Shown here: positions 25,800-36,502 of the stretch, piece by piece
Position numbering within the stretch: the first letter of the stretch is position 1
Layout of the letters: every line of letters begins with the position of its first letter
Source of the DNA: Pavona decussata
Taxonomy: Eukaryota
Direction: 5' to 3'
DNA: 64,000 bases
NCBI GenBank assembly: GCA_977016875.1
Contig: CDRNST010000043.1
Span: 1,178,001 to 1,242,000 of the forward strand
The notes under the pieces: model-generated
Told to the model about the DNA's origin: nothing
What the model saw: only the letters and a program-made list of their open reading frames with translations
Databases searched by the model: none
Made by a program: the position numbers and the translations under genes

Positions 25800-27671
25800 C
25801 TAGTTTTCCTGAGGCTGATAATACATTGGCTCCCAGACTTTAAAAAGGCGCCTTCCCCACTTAAAAAATTCTCTGTGGTCAAGCTTTTGAAGCAGATCAG
25901 CCTTAAATTTCTTGAAGCACTGGTAACTCCTGCCAGGCTGAAAATCAAAAACCGTCTCATTGAAAAGATCCTGTGTAACAAGAAGGACTGTCTCTCTTAA
26001 ATGTTTGGCACTGTGATGTCCACTTCTATTGTTAAGGTTACAGTCCCCGTCCACATTGCTGATGAGACGTTCTAGTCCCGTTAATGCCCTAGCAATCCTT
26101 TGGGCAGCTGCTTCACTCACATTTGCACCAAGCTGCTTTAAGGCAATTTTCAGTAACTTATTGAGGTGTTCCATCCTATTATGAATGAGCTCAAATGCCA
26201 TGCCAGTTGGGAGTATTGCATGCAATTTAGCTAAAAATAAAAGGACTACATAAGCATATTTGACCCTGCCATAGGTAAAGAGAAAAAGCAGTGCAATCTT
26301 GATGGATTGAAGCAGTCTTCTTGGATCCCCTTCCTTCACAGCATCAGTTAACAGCATAATTAAGAGGCCAAATGTAAGACGAGCAGTGTGATAATTTCTC
26401 TTGCAGTCCTCCTCAGAAGTCTTTTCTTCTCTCTGCTGACTTTCAGTGGTCATCTCTTCCAAACTTGAAGTAGAAAAGTCTGGGTGCTTCTCTCTTTCAT
26501 GTCTGCGAAAACAGAATGACTCATTTAATAGCTAATACTTTCTTCACTTTTAATGAACATTTTCAATTTAAGTTAGAATAATATGTATAAATAATAATAA
26601 TTATTATTTATCTATTTATTTATTTATTTATTATTTCTGTCATAACATAAACCCGACAACTTGTGTTTTTTGGAATTCCACTAGAAGAAATGACATGAGC
26701 TAGGGTTGCACCATTAGAAAGAAAGCCTGGCCATGATCTCTTGAAATGTCTGAGTGCTACTTCCATCATAGTCTGCTTAGTGTTTTCCACAAAAATGTGG
26801 GATTTCATGGTTTCCATTCTGGAAAGTGCCCTTGCAGCAGCGGGGAAGTTTCCCCTGGCAATGTTTTTTAACCGCTTTCCTCTCCATGGCATCCTTGCAC
26901 TCAAGTTCTTCAACCTTTCCAGTATTTGGGTACCCAATGAAGATCTAAGACAATAAGAAATCAAAATTTCAGCTGATTTTTAGTACAGTACTATAAGCTT
27001 AAGAAGTTTCGTGCTAAATTTTTGGAATTTAAAGTAAAAACTAGCATGAAATCTAATTTAGCAAGTAAATAAGCTAACCTTGTACACTGGTTTATTTTGT
27101 CCCTGCGGAATATTCATTGACGCTTGCATTTTTTCCTTGATTGTCAGGGGATTTTCACCGTTTTCCTCGTTTGCTTCTTGGTTAAAGGTAAGTGACCTGC
27201 GCAAAGTTTTTGCTGTGGTTTGCTCTCCGGTCGACTGAGGCTTTTTTTCCGTGGCGAGACTTCCATCTTTATTTCGCTTCGCCGAAGGTGTAATTCCTGC
27301 AGGCGAACGAAGCGCTACTGATCTTTTCGTACTTGTGTTGGAATTACTGCGGTCTGGAGATACACCAGTAATTGTAGTATCGTTCACATTCAAAGCCGGC
27401 TCGTTGCAGCAGCTTGTAAGGATGGAAACTGAATGAGAGAGATGAACAGCTTGTCGAGCACATGGCACAGAGCTCAGGTCGGAAAAACCTCTCCTTGCGC
27501 GAGTCGAAATCCTAGGTTTTCTAATGCTTGAGCCACAATAATGCTATCTTCTCCAGGGACAACCAGTAGCTCCTTATTTTTGGAAACGCCAAAGACCGGT
27601 ACCGAGTTTACTCTTTTTGAACCACAAGTTAGCGACTTTTTGCAAAACCGACAATGGAGCTCAAACTTCAT
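25800..27671 (-). pseudogene. AcademH transposase: N-terminal CxxC zinc-finger exons plus DUF6589-like C-terminus; central core deleted
   Basis: N-terminus MKFELHCRFCKK. C-terminus NYHTARLTFGL..DAVKEGDPRRL..GRVKYAY..MEHLNKLLK..LGANVSEAAAQRIARAL..SGHHS..VFDFQPGRSY. Confidence 0.75.
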
Positions 27672-28194
27672 TTCACTCCATTTACTGCGAGCGACCGCAA
27701 TCGCGTCAACTTCATTTCACTCTATTTACCGCGAGCTGTAGAAAATCCCTTTTTTTCCCGCCAACTGTCATATTCACGTGCGCTCTTATTTACATTCCAA
27801 TAATTCCAAGGCATCCAAGCGAAGATAATGACATGCTGTTGACAGCTCATTGACAGGTATAGTACAAGGGGCGGAATGGTAGCTACAATCCTTTGTCAAC
27901 AGGCTCCCCTCTCCCCAGTGCCCCCCTTGGCCAGCTTCACTCGGCTCGCTTCGGTCGCGGCCTTTTCCTTCGCCGTTTCCTTCACCCTATCCGGCTACGG
28001 GAGCCTGTTCACAGGCTACCTTTTATCTTATATCATTGTAATAGTAATGTCTGCAAACTTTATTCAGTTTATTCTTCTCTATTTATTTATTTTATACAGA
28101 GCCGTTCTGTAAACCACTTTTGTGAGAACGCACCCTGTTTAAAGATTATTATTATTATTACTACTATTATTATTATAATTATAATTATTATTAT

Positions 28195-28247
28195 CGGACC
28201 TACCATGAAAAGCGTAACAAAATTATTAATTTTTTCCGGGCGCCATA
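28195..28247 (-). mobile_element. Putative IS3EU-like terminus (..CGCCATA)
   Basis: Reverse complement tatggcgcccggaaaaaattaataattttg resembles 11571 tatggcgtgtgatccccgccaaaattaatgttttg. No TSD match. Confidence 0.4.
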
Positions 28248-29413
28248 TATGGTCTTTTTGAGGCGAAGGAATATTTTATCGTGTAACTCTGTGGGATTAC
28301 TAATACCTCATATGGATCCTTTGAATGAACGCTTTGAATAACGAGGCATAAGACAATAGCCCATCAGAACCAAACTTTTTTTTCTCTTGCTGCCTCCATA
28401 CGCAATATCACCATTTTAAAGATCAAATTTCCTTTCAAAGAAGAAGAGGAAAGGCGAAGAATACCCGGCCACTTGCAAGCACCGTCACTGCGGTGCATGA
28501 ATATGAATAAAGCTTAAATATATATAAATATCAATAAGTTGGAGTGTTTCCCAGGTTGTCGTAGAATTACAATAACATCAACCAACTTTTCTGCCATATT
28601 GATTTTCAGGGTTCATGTTTTGTTGTTTCCAGGCTCCACAGCCACAGCCTCCTAATCCAAGACTTCTTGATTATTATTTTTGTTTTCAAGCCGACCGACC
28701 AACCTAAATATATTAGAAAATACATTTGAGGCTAAACGAAAAAAAAAGGGATGGCCTTACACACAACTGCTACCACAGTCCATAGTCCTGTAGTCAAGGA
28801 TTGTGACATAATGTTAAAGAGTTACAAATAACTGCCACTGCGGTCCACAGTTTATGTAGTGGATGGATAGAAATGAATTTGTACTAATAGAATATCACTG
28901 TACACAACAACACTTACGCAAAGATCCGCAACGCAAATAGTTAATGATGCAGAAAAAAGATTGCTGTTTTGCACCATGATTTTGACCACCATAAAGCACC
29001 TCAGGGAAGACCACCAAGCAACCAGTAGTAGGAAAAAGAGAGTTCTGGCTCATTTTCCATTACCCTCAAATCAGCATAAAAATACCCCAATTTCCAAAAA
29101 AAAATTACTACTAAAACAATCCACATAAAAAACTCCAAAAACCAACCACAAAAACAAAAAAAGTGTTCCAAAAATTGCCCCCATTTCCGTGAAAAAAAAA
29201 TCCCAAAAAATCCCAAGGTCATGAAAAAAATTCCACCCACAAACAAGAACGAAAAAAAAATCCACAAAGACCTCATCCTCAAAAAACACAAAAATCCTTA
29301 AGCTCGTTGAAATAAAAAAAAAAATTCAAATTTTGAAATCAAGAAATGAGTCAAAAATGACAATCCCAAATTTGAATTTTTTCAAAAAAAATTTTTTTTA
29401 TAAATTATTTAAA

Positions 29414-29851
29414 ATGGATTATTCAAATCTGCCATATGATGAGCTTTTTCAAATGTTCAAAGAGCGAAAAATAAAATATTATGGTAAAAGCATAGAAAAA
29501 CAAGAGTTGATTGAACTTCTTACCGAATTCGACAAAGATCTGCCAATACTGGATTACCCAAAAATGAACTGCAAACAACTCAAACAAATTTGCAGAGAAC
29601 GAACAAATTTTTATGCTGATAACATAGAAAAACAAGAGATTATTCAACTTATCACCCAAAACCATGAACATACTTTGAAAATTAAACAACAAATTAAAAA
29701 AGAGAAGCAACTTGAAAAAAGCTGGATAGAAAATAATCCTGAAAAAGTGAAAGAATATTGGGAAAAATTCAGGGAAAATTATGGAAGAAAAAATATTACA
29801 AATTTCCCTACTGATGAAGAAAAATGGATCAAAAATGAACTAAAATTTTGA
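29414..29851 (+). CDS. Hypothetical viral-type protein with two SAP/HeH(Rho_N)-like repeats
   Basis: Internal repeat DYSNLPYDELFQMFKERKIKYYGKSIEKQELIELLT / DYPKMNCKQLKQICRERTNFYADNIEKQEIIQLIT. ATG in tttaaaATG. Confidence 0.6.
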   Translation: MDYSNLPYDELFQMFKERKIKYYGKSIEKQELIELLTEFDKDLPILDYPKMNCKQLKQICRERTNFYADNIEKQEIIQLITQNHEHTLKIKQQIKKEKQLEKSWIENNPEKVKEYWEKFRENYGRKNITNFPTDEEKWIKNELKF

Positions 29852-30282
29852 TTTCCAGAGACTGTCTCTGAAAATAATTCTCTTTTGAAATCATACTCAA
29901 CATCGCCAATCACGATTTGTCCATTTTTCACAGCATTTGCAATTCCAACTGCGCAAAGATTCATTCCATTCATCGCTTTATTTCTTGTGGCGAATTCACA
30001 TCGACTTTCGGCGTTTGAAATAACATAACGCTTTTTCATTGTTTTTTTTTTTTCTGAAGAAAGACCAAGCGCTTGTTCCAACCCATTGTTCGTGAAAATT
30101 ACGTTTTTTATCTGCTTCTTTTTCGCCATTTCAACAAGTGAAGAATGAGCAGGTTGCGCAATGATTTCATCGCTTTGTTTGATTAATTCAATAAAATCAT
30201 TTTTTGTCTCTCTGGCGAGAAACAAATCAAAGATGCCTTTTCCTCTCAATTTCAGTTTCAAATCGAGAAAATCGTTTTCCAT
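29779..30282 (-). CDS. Hypothetical protein, 167 aa
   Basis: Uninterrupted ORF with tttaaaATG start; its 3' end overlaps the convergent ORF. Confidence 0.5.
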   Translation of the reverse strand: MENDFLDLKLKLRGKGIFDLFLARETKNDFIELIKQSDEIIAQPAHSSLVEMAKKKQIKNVIFTNNGLEQALGLSSEKKKTMKKRYVISNAESRCEFATRNKAMNGMNLCAVGIANAVKNGQIVIGDVEYDFKRELFSETVSGNQNFSSFLIHFSSSVGKFVIFFLP

Positions 30283-30565
30283 TTTAAATAAATATTTTTT
30301 AAATTTTTTAAAGATTTTTGGAAACGTGTTTCACAACATTTTCAGAGGCAAACTCTAAAAACTTCCTTTCTTGTGGCGAATTTAACATGCCTCAAGGCTT
30401 TCGAGGAAGTCAAAAGTAAAAACGTCCGGTACTAACCGACCAAAAATAGAAAGGGTTTTGTTCGATTACTTCATGTTAAAACCACTTGATTGGTTATCCT
30501 ATGAAAGGAAAACTCCCTTTTTCTTCTAAAAACAACAATCAACGCATTTTCACATCAATTTTAAA

Positions 30566-31294
30566 ATGACTGATGATGGGGAAATGTCGTGGGATTATAC
30601 TTGTGGTAGTGAATTGCTTGGCGTAGCAATAAATTTAACTATCTCTGAAGAACAAGAAGCAATACTGAAGGACAATATTAACTACCACAATGAAATGAAA
30701 ACATTTCTCGAAACCTGCCTTAATAAAGGACAAAAAGAAGATGAAATTGCGGCAAGTGTTTACTTCAAAGAAAACAAACCAAGTAAACCTAAAGCGAGTC
30801 TTGGAAAGTTGTTTGGGCATAGAAGTCAGAGACACCATCAAAGTGTGGAAGAAATGCATGAATTTCTGAAATCAAGAATCATAAATCAGCAACTTCAAGA
30901 AGAAGAGCCTGCTTTTAACTCTTCTGTTTACCAAAGTTGGGAAGAAATTTCACTTCACATAGAAAAACACATACTCTTTGGTAAACATAAAAAAAGTCAA
31001 GCTCTTGTTGCGGACATCAATCTTGGCCTACTCTTGGAAAGTGGATCACAAATTTATCAAAGGGAAAAAATTATGAAGCACGTGACTGGAACTTTTGACA
31101 AGTGGATTACAAATAATACAGACATTTCTGTTCATCATGCAAGAAGACTAAGAGCTTTGGCAAAGGCTTTACAACCATTTCCACGCTTGAAAAAACTTGA
31201 TTTAACAACAACAGAGATGTGCAACAAACTCTCAAATATTCTCAAAGTTCTTGAGATTCCTGAGTTTCAAACCTTTTGGTCACAAACAACTTGA
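30566..31294 (+). CDS. Hypothetical protein, 242 aa, with a possible helix-turn-helix-like C-terminal region
   Basis: Intact ORF with tttaaaATG start; TFDKWITNNTDISVHHARRLRALAK..FPRLKKL. Confidence 0.6.
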   Translation: MTDDGEMSWDYTCGSELLGVAINLTISEEQEAILKDNINYHNEMKTFLETCLNKGQKEDEIAASVYFKENKPSKPKASLGKLFGHRSQRHHQSVEEMHEFLKSRIINQQLQEEEPAFNSSVYQSWEEISLHIEKHILFGKHKKSQALVADINLGLLLESGSQIYQREKIMKHVTGTFDKWITNNTDISVHHARRLRALAKALQPFPRLKKLDLTTTEMCNKLSNILKVLEIPEFQTFWSQTT

Positions 31295-31310
31295 AACTTT
31301 TTATCGTGGA

Positions 31311-31431
31311 CAAGAAAACAGTGCCTTAGAAACAGCGGCCATAAAAGTCCGCCATTGCCAAGAAAACAATGCCTTAGAAAAAGCGGCCATAAATGTCCGC
31401 CGTTGCCAAGAAAAAAAAATGTCTTAGAAAC
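31311..31431 (+). repeat. 48-bp tandem repeat, ~2.4 copies
   Basis: Unit caagaaaacagtgccttagaaacagcggccataaaagtccgccattgc. Confidence 0.85.
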
Positions 31432-31596
31432 TAAATAAAATGCTTTTTATTTAACACGCTTGTGATGTTTATTTTTCACAAAACTAAAATTTACATATCT
31501 TTTTTGGATATGTAAATTCGCTTTTTTTAATTTTTCTCTCGCAAAATAATTAACAAAAAACCACCCGCTCGCTTTTGAAATTCAACTCTCAACTTG

Positions 31597-31955
31597 TTAC
31601 GTCGAGAAGGGATCCGAGTTTTCTTTGATATTTTTTTTTATTTCCTCTTTCAAGGCATCAACATTAACTGGCTTCGTCTGTTCGCTTTTGACTGTCGAAT
31701 CCTTCCTTTGTTTGTTTTGAAGGCGCTCTTTCATCGAAAAATATTTTTCAATCTCTCGCAAAATCGAGTCAAACTCACCATCAGAAATAAATCCATCCTT
31801 CAAAGCTTTTGAAATCAATCGACTCACTGACAAATGCGACGATTAAGCGAGAGAAATAGCTTTTTTCATGTTTTCTCACTTTCCTCTCTAAATTTTCACT
31901 TCCAGCCATTGAAGCCGATGAGACAAGTGTCGTAACCAATGCAGTCAAACTCAAA
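31597..31955 (-). pseudogene. C-terminal part of a Polinton/adintovirus 'gasderminX'-like protein, frameshifted
   Basis: KVRKHEK...SVSRLISKALKDGFISDGEFDSILREIEKYFSMKERL. Same family as the ~8400-8690 fragment. Confidence 0.55.
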
Positions 31956-32306
31956 GGATTTTCATATGGAATCCAGTATTTTTTTTCTGGGAAAACTTGA
32001 GCAATCAGAAGACAAAAACTTTCATCATATTCTTCATGTGGAATCGCAAAAATCCATTCAGGAAATTCTCTGAGAACAAATTCTGAAATTGATCTTTCCC
32101 ATTTATAAGGTGGGATGAGCAAAACATTTTTCGGTCTCTCTGAAATCATTTTTTGCAAATTTCAGGAGAAAGTTTTTCTAGAGGAATCAGATATGATTCT
32201 CCTTCTTCAATTGCTTTTTCACAAAATTCTCTTGACCATGAAATTTGAGTTGATTTTTTAAGCGTTTTTTTCCAGAAAAATTGAGTTGATTTTTGCCAAA
32301 AATCAT
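31956..32306 (-). pseudogene. DUF4116-like helical repeat protein, frameshifted
   Basis: Repeating units SREFCEKAIEEGESYLIP / SPEICKKMISERPKNVLLIP / SISEFVLREFPEWIFAIP / DESFCLLIAQVFPEKKYWIP. Confidence 0.45.
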
Positions 32307-32509
32307 TTTCAATTTTTTGAAAAAATAAACCTTGCAAAATTTAAAAAAAAAAGTTGAAAAAATCCCAAACATTTTATTTTAATTGAAAACAATTATGTTT
32401 TTGCATTTTATTTAGGTTCCCCATGTGCAAGAGACACGCCTGGAACCGTCTTGGAAATATTTTTGGCAAAAAGTTGGAACCTTTTGGAATTATTTTTGAC
32501 AAAAAAACA

Positions 32510-33409
32510 ATGTTCAGTACTATAAAAAAGGAGTTTTGAAGAATCTCTTGAAGATTCTTGGGAGGAAATTCAGGATGATGATTTTTCAAGAGAATTCCTT
32601 GAGGAGGATGATGATAATTTTTTTGAAAATGAAGATGAAGACGCCTTTTTTTTCTGTGAAAATCAGAATCAAGGCGAATGCGAAAATGGTTGCATCTGCG
32701 ACCAATCAGTTTTTACTTTCGAAGAAATAATTGAGAAAGAAGAAAACCATCAAAACCTCAAGAAACAGAAGAGGAGCGCAGAGAAAGATTCAAGCGCAAT
32801 GAAAAATTTTTCAAACTGTACACGTGGAAAACAAATTCTTGTGAAAACAAAACCGTTGATCCCTCAGAATTTCCACAAATTGGGCACAACAGAGAAAAAA
32901 GGTCTTCTGGAAGATCTCCAGAATTCAAAATGGAAAGACGATTTCCTGTGAAAGAAATTTATTGTCGTGGAGTCCCATCCTATATCAATTTCAGGGTCCC
33001 AGAAGACCCTCCGAAAGAACTCAAACCACAAAAACATCGCCCTTGCAAGTTTGCTTTTCAACCAGACAAAACTTGCAAACGAGGAGACGATTGTGTTTTT
33101 GCACATTCTGTTGCAGAACTTCAGAAAAATGTCCAGGTTTGTAAATATGAAACATGTTTCAAAGTGAAAGTCACAGAATCAGTTTTAAAGAAAAAAGGGA
33201 AGAAGTTCAAAGTGAAAAGATTCAAAGACAATCCTGAAATGGAATTTTGTTCCAGGATTCACAAAGGAGAAACCATCCAGTCCTTCATTTCCAGATGTTT
33301 TGTAAAAGATTCGAAGAAAAAGGAACATAAAGAAGAAACTTCTCAAGAGAAATCCAAGGAAGACAAACCTCAGAAGTCCAAATCAAAGCAAATTTTTTTG
33401 AAACAATGA
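32510..33409 (+). pseudogene. CCCH (C3H1) zinc-finger protein with acidic N-terminal region; intact part 32930-33409
   Basis: CKFAFQPDKTCKRGDDCVFAHSVAELQ..CKYETC...CSRIHKGET. The upstream acidic segment is in other frames. Confidence 0.65.
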
Positions 33410-34074
33410 ATGGCGACTTGAATTTTATACATGTAGCATTGCTGAATTTATATAACTGGATATCTTCGTTTATAATCATTATTTAATTATTGGAAAGTTG
33501 CTCTGAACAATATTGATTATAAGTATTATGTTGTTGTATTTTGCAGGCACTGATCGAGAATATGCAACATGGGTGCATCGCAATTTCTGAGGGATTTTTG
33601 GAGACAGAGTTCCATCAGGAAGAGTGCTGAACTGAGGAAGCGAGTTCTGCAGAGGAAGGAGAGAAATAAAGAGAAAATAGACAGTGTTCCATTCCAGGTA
33701 TTTTTTAATTTGTTTGTTTTCTCTATACAACTAAGCTAAACTTAAGTTTTGTACCTGTTGGTTTGCCTGACCTCCCCCTTGCCGCCTACTATATCATCAT
33801 TTCCAGAACACGCGGTTTTGAAGTGATGAAAAGCTTATTAAGAAATCAATCAATCAATCAATAAACTTTCTTTACCCTCGAATTTACATAGTAGCAGTCA
33901 AGTGCTAATATCTTCGAGCCAACTTCATTAATAACTAATTATAATAAAAAATTGATTCTGTATAACAGGAAGACCTAATATAGGTAAACTTATTCAGAGG
34001 ACCTTATGTAGGTACTTGGTTGATTCGTAAAATACAAAGCAGTGTATGGCGTTGTTGTTGTTGTTTTTTTTCTT

Positions 34075-34282
34075 TTTCAAATTGAAGCTTTATTATCTCT
34101 GAAAAATGCATGGTTACCCATAATTTTCTATTAGTACCAAAAGCACTTGCTAAGTTCTGCTTTCCCTGAATAGTTTTAAACCGTGCAAAAGTATTCCTGT
34201 ATTAGTAGCCCCCACACATAGGAAACCCGAGTATCACAAGATGCGCAGAACATATGTGCCGTAACGATAGTAGGCACCATCC
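34075..34282 (-). mobile_element. Partial Kolobok-type MITE (same family as 17763)
   Basis: Ends tagtaggcaccatcc|ttaa; internal ttatctctgaaaaatgcatggttaccc shared with the family. Confidence 0.8.
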
Positions 34283-34518
34283 TTAACAGTGGGCTGTTCA
34301 TTGTGAAGTTGGGATTTGTAAGGGCAATGACAAAATGTATCAAAATAATGCATGGGAGACTGAGCAAAAAAAGGTTCACTGAATCAGCAAGTAAATATTT
34401 GGGATGGTCCTAAATGCGGTCTTCAATTATTGGGCTCTGACAATCATAGTGCTGTCAATACAATAATTAATTATGTATTTGATTTGTCCTTATTCGACTC
34501 TTTACATTCATTTTATAG

Positions 34519-35929
34519 GTGTCAAGGGAGCAAGCAGTAATCAATTCTCTGCGTTATTTCAAGCAAAAAACTATATCTGCTGCAACAATGACCAAGCTCA
34601 AACGTGAATGCAAAGATCATTCCATTCCTTTTGCTAAGAACAGCTCTAAAGAGGATATGTTAAGATCCTTGGAGCAAGTCCTTTTTGAAAAGAACATTGT
34701 TCAAAGGAAAGATGACAGTGAAGTAATTAGTTATGAGAACTTAGCGACTATGAAGTAAAAATAACTAATGCTGTCAGTACAATAATTGAAGGGCTGGGGG
34801 CATAACCCCCTTATGTCGAATGTTGGGCGGTTTTTTTTTTTTTTTTTTTTTCGGATATGTCTCAATTTTTGCATGTGGGCTTCGTTTTAGTCGACAAACA
34901 CTGCCCTGTATTTTTTTCATTGGTTTGCTCTTCGTTTTAGAGAAAAAACGTATGCAAAAAACTCGGTTTTCATAGCGGCATCTTTTAGAGATCTTTTGTT
35001 GAACGAGAAACAAAAGAAACCTTTTGTTTCGCTGAACAATGAAGTCAGCGAAGCGTCAGATAAGCCGCTCGCTGTTCAAGCCGATACAAGTAATGTGTTG
35101 GTACAATTGAAACGCTTTTATTGTTGCTGTTTCGTTGGCGCAAGCGATTGACGCGCTGAACCCAGGTCCGGAATCGATTACATTTTTCGTGCACCGGTTC
35201 GACACAAGGACAGTCGTTTTTTTTTTTTTCTTCTCTTCTTTTTGAAACCAAAACATCCGTTAAAAAAGTGCTTTCGAAACTGCTAAAATTTTGTGGGAAC
35301 TAATTTTTGCGGATCAAGTTCAATCCGCAAAAATTACAACCCGCAAAATTTTCATGCTACATGGTAATGAGATTTTGAGACACCGCCAACAAAATCTGAG
35401 ATTCTGAGACCTGTGAGACTCTGGATTCTTCAAGGGACAAAACAGATGGCATATGTTTCTGAACAATAAAGACAGTTGTACATGCAAAGTCACTTAAACC
35501 ATCAAAGTAGCAGAGTAACTCCCAAAACTGCACAGGTAAGATACATTTCCTTTGTAATTCCCATTTTTCGCCATGGGTGGAATTAATAAAATCCAATGCG
35601 TTTTTACAACGCAATCTTTTTTTCCTCTAGCTGTGAGATGCGTGTATAAGGTCATCTCAGTTGTCGTCTCACGCATCTTTTTTTTTGTCTTCTAAGATCG
35701 TCGTGTTGTACTTTATCAGCGTTCTGGTACGAAGGTGGCAGTTGGCTACCTTGACACTGAGTGCCGTTTACTACATGGAAAACCAATGCCTGCAGGCTAC
35801 AGAGCAGTTCAGTTGACTTGGGTACATTCTCCAGAGATTCTGCCGCCGTTAATCCTGGGACATCCAGCGGAAAATGCGATTCTTCGTGTGGGGCAGTTTT
35901 TTGCCCTGCCTGTAGCTGATTTAAGTTGA
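34519..35929 (+). pseudogene. Exon fragments of a TE-associated gene (SAP-like exon; En/Spm TnpA-like terminal exon)
   Basis: AG/GT-bounded exon TMTKLKRECKDHSIPFAKNSSKEDMLRSL. Last exon VAVGYL..LHGKPMPAGYRAVQLTWV. Confidence 0.35.
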
Positions 35930-36115
35930 GCTAAATTAGTGTAGGGAATCGTATGACCTCGAGTATAACTTGTACCCCTACTGAGTTAAAAGTTATACTC
36001 GAGCTCATACGAGGTAGAGCAGTTCAAATTCATTCTTCAAATTGCTCACGTGATTACAAGCACCAGTCAGGTGGTACATATTAACTTTGAATTTTTCATG
36101 TATAACATCCATTAA

Positions 36116-36502
36116 GTACGGTGCCTACTTAAATACCGAGGTATTTTTGCGCGTTTTATGACTATGCGGGAAAAGCTGTTCTTAGCAAGGCGCTATTGGA
36201 ATCCAAAAAGAAAATTGAGGGTAAACACGCATTCTTAAGAGATAATTGAGCAACATTTATTCAAAAAAGCCGTAAAATACAAAGAAATGTATGGCATTTT
36301 TTTCTTCATTTCAAAGTGAAGTTTTATTATCTCTGAAAAATGCATGGTTTCCCCCAATTTTTGAGCACTTATTAAGTTCTGCTTTCTCCCCATAGTTTTA
36401 AACCGCGCAATAACATCCCTATATTGATAGGCACCACCCATAGGGCCCGCGCATCTCAAGATGCGTAGAACTTATCAGTAGTAGCAAAAGTAGGTACCGT
36501 CC
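36116..36502. mobile_element. Kolobok-type MITE with TTAA TSD
   Basis: ttaa|gtacggtgcctact ... agtaggtaccgtcc|ttaa. Confidence 0.85.

Larger units (their letters stand above)
22364..28018. mobile_element. AcademH DNA transposon (5655 bp), both ends intact, internally decayed
   Basis: TIR tagcctgtgaacaggct / agcctgttcacaggcta (17/17), continuing as a patchy GC-rich inverted similarity (gaccgaagcgagcc; agctggcc; agcctgt.gacaaagg). 9-bp flanks ctttttatc / ccttttatc (8/9). Convergent RecQ-like helicase and DUF6589-type transposase genes. Confidence 0.9.
29000..33410. mobile_element. Endogenous large-DNA-virus-like (NCLDV/Polinton-like) gene block
   Basis: Sharp switch to very A/T-run-rich DNA. 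Densely packed intronless ORFs on both strands with a shared TAAAATG start context and virus-type domains. Confidence 0.6.

Noticed and set aside
29001-29291. Phe-rich 'membrane protein' ORFs on the minus strand
   Set aside because: Artefact of low-complexity poly-A/C sequence.
36270-36280. ccgta|aaatac as the right end plus TSD of the 11571 element
   Set aside because: It falls inside a Kolobok-type MITE and shows no further TIR similarity; treated as coincidence.
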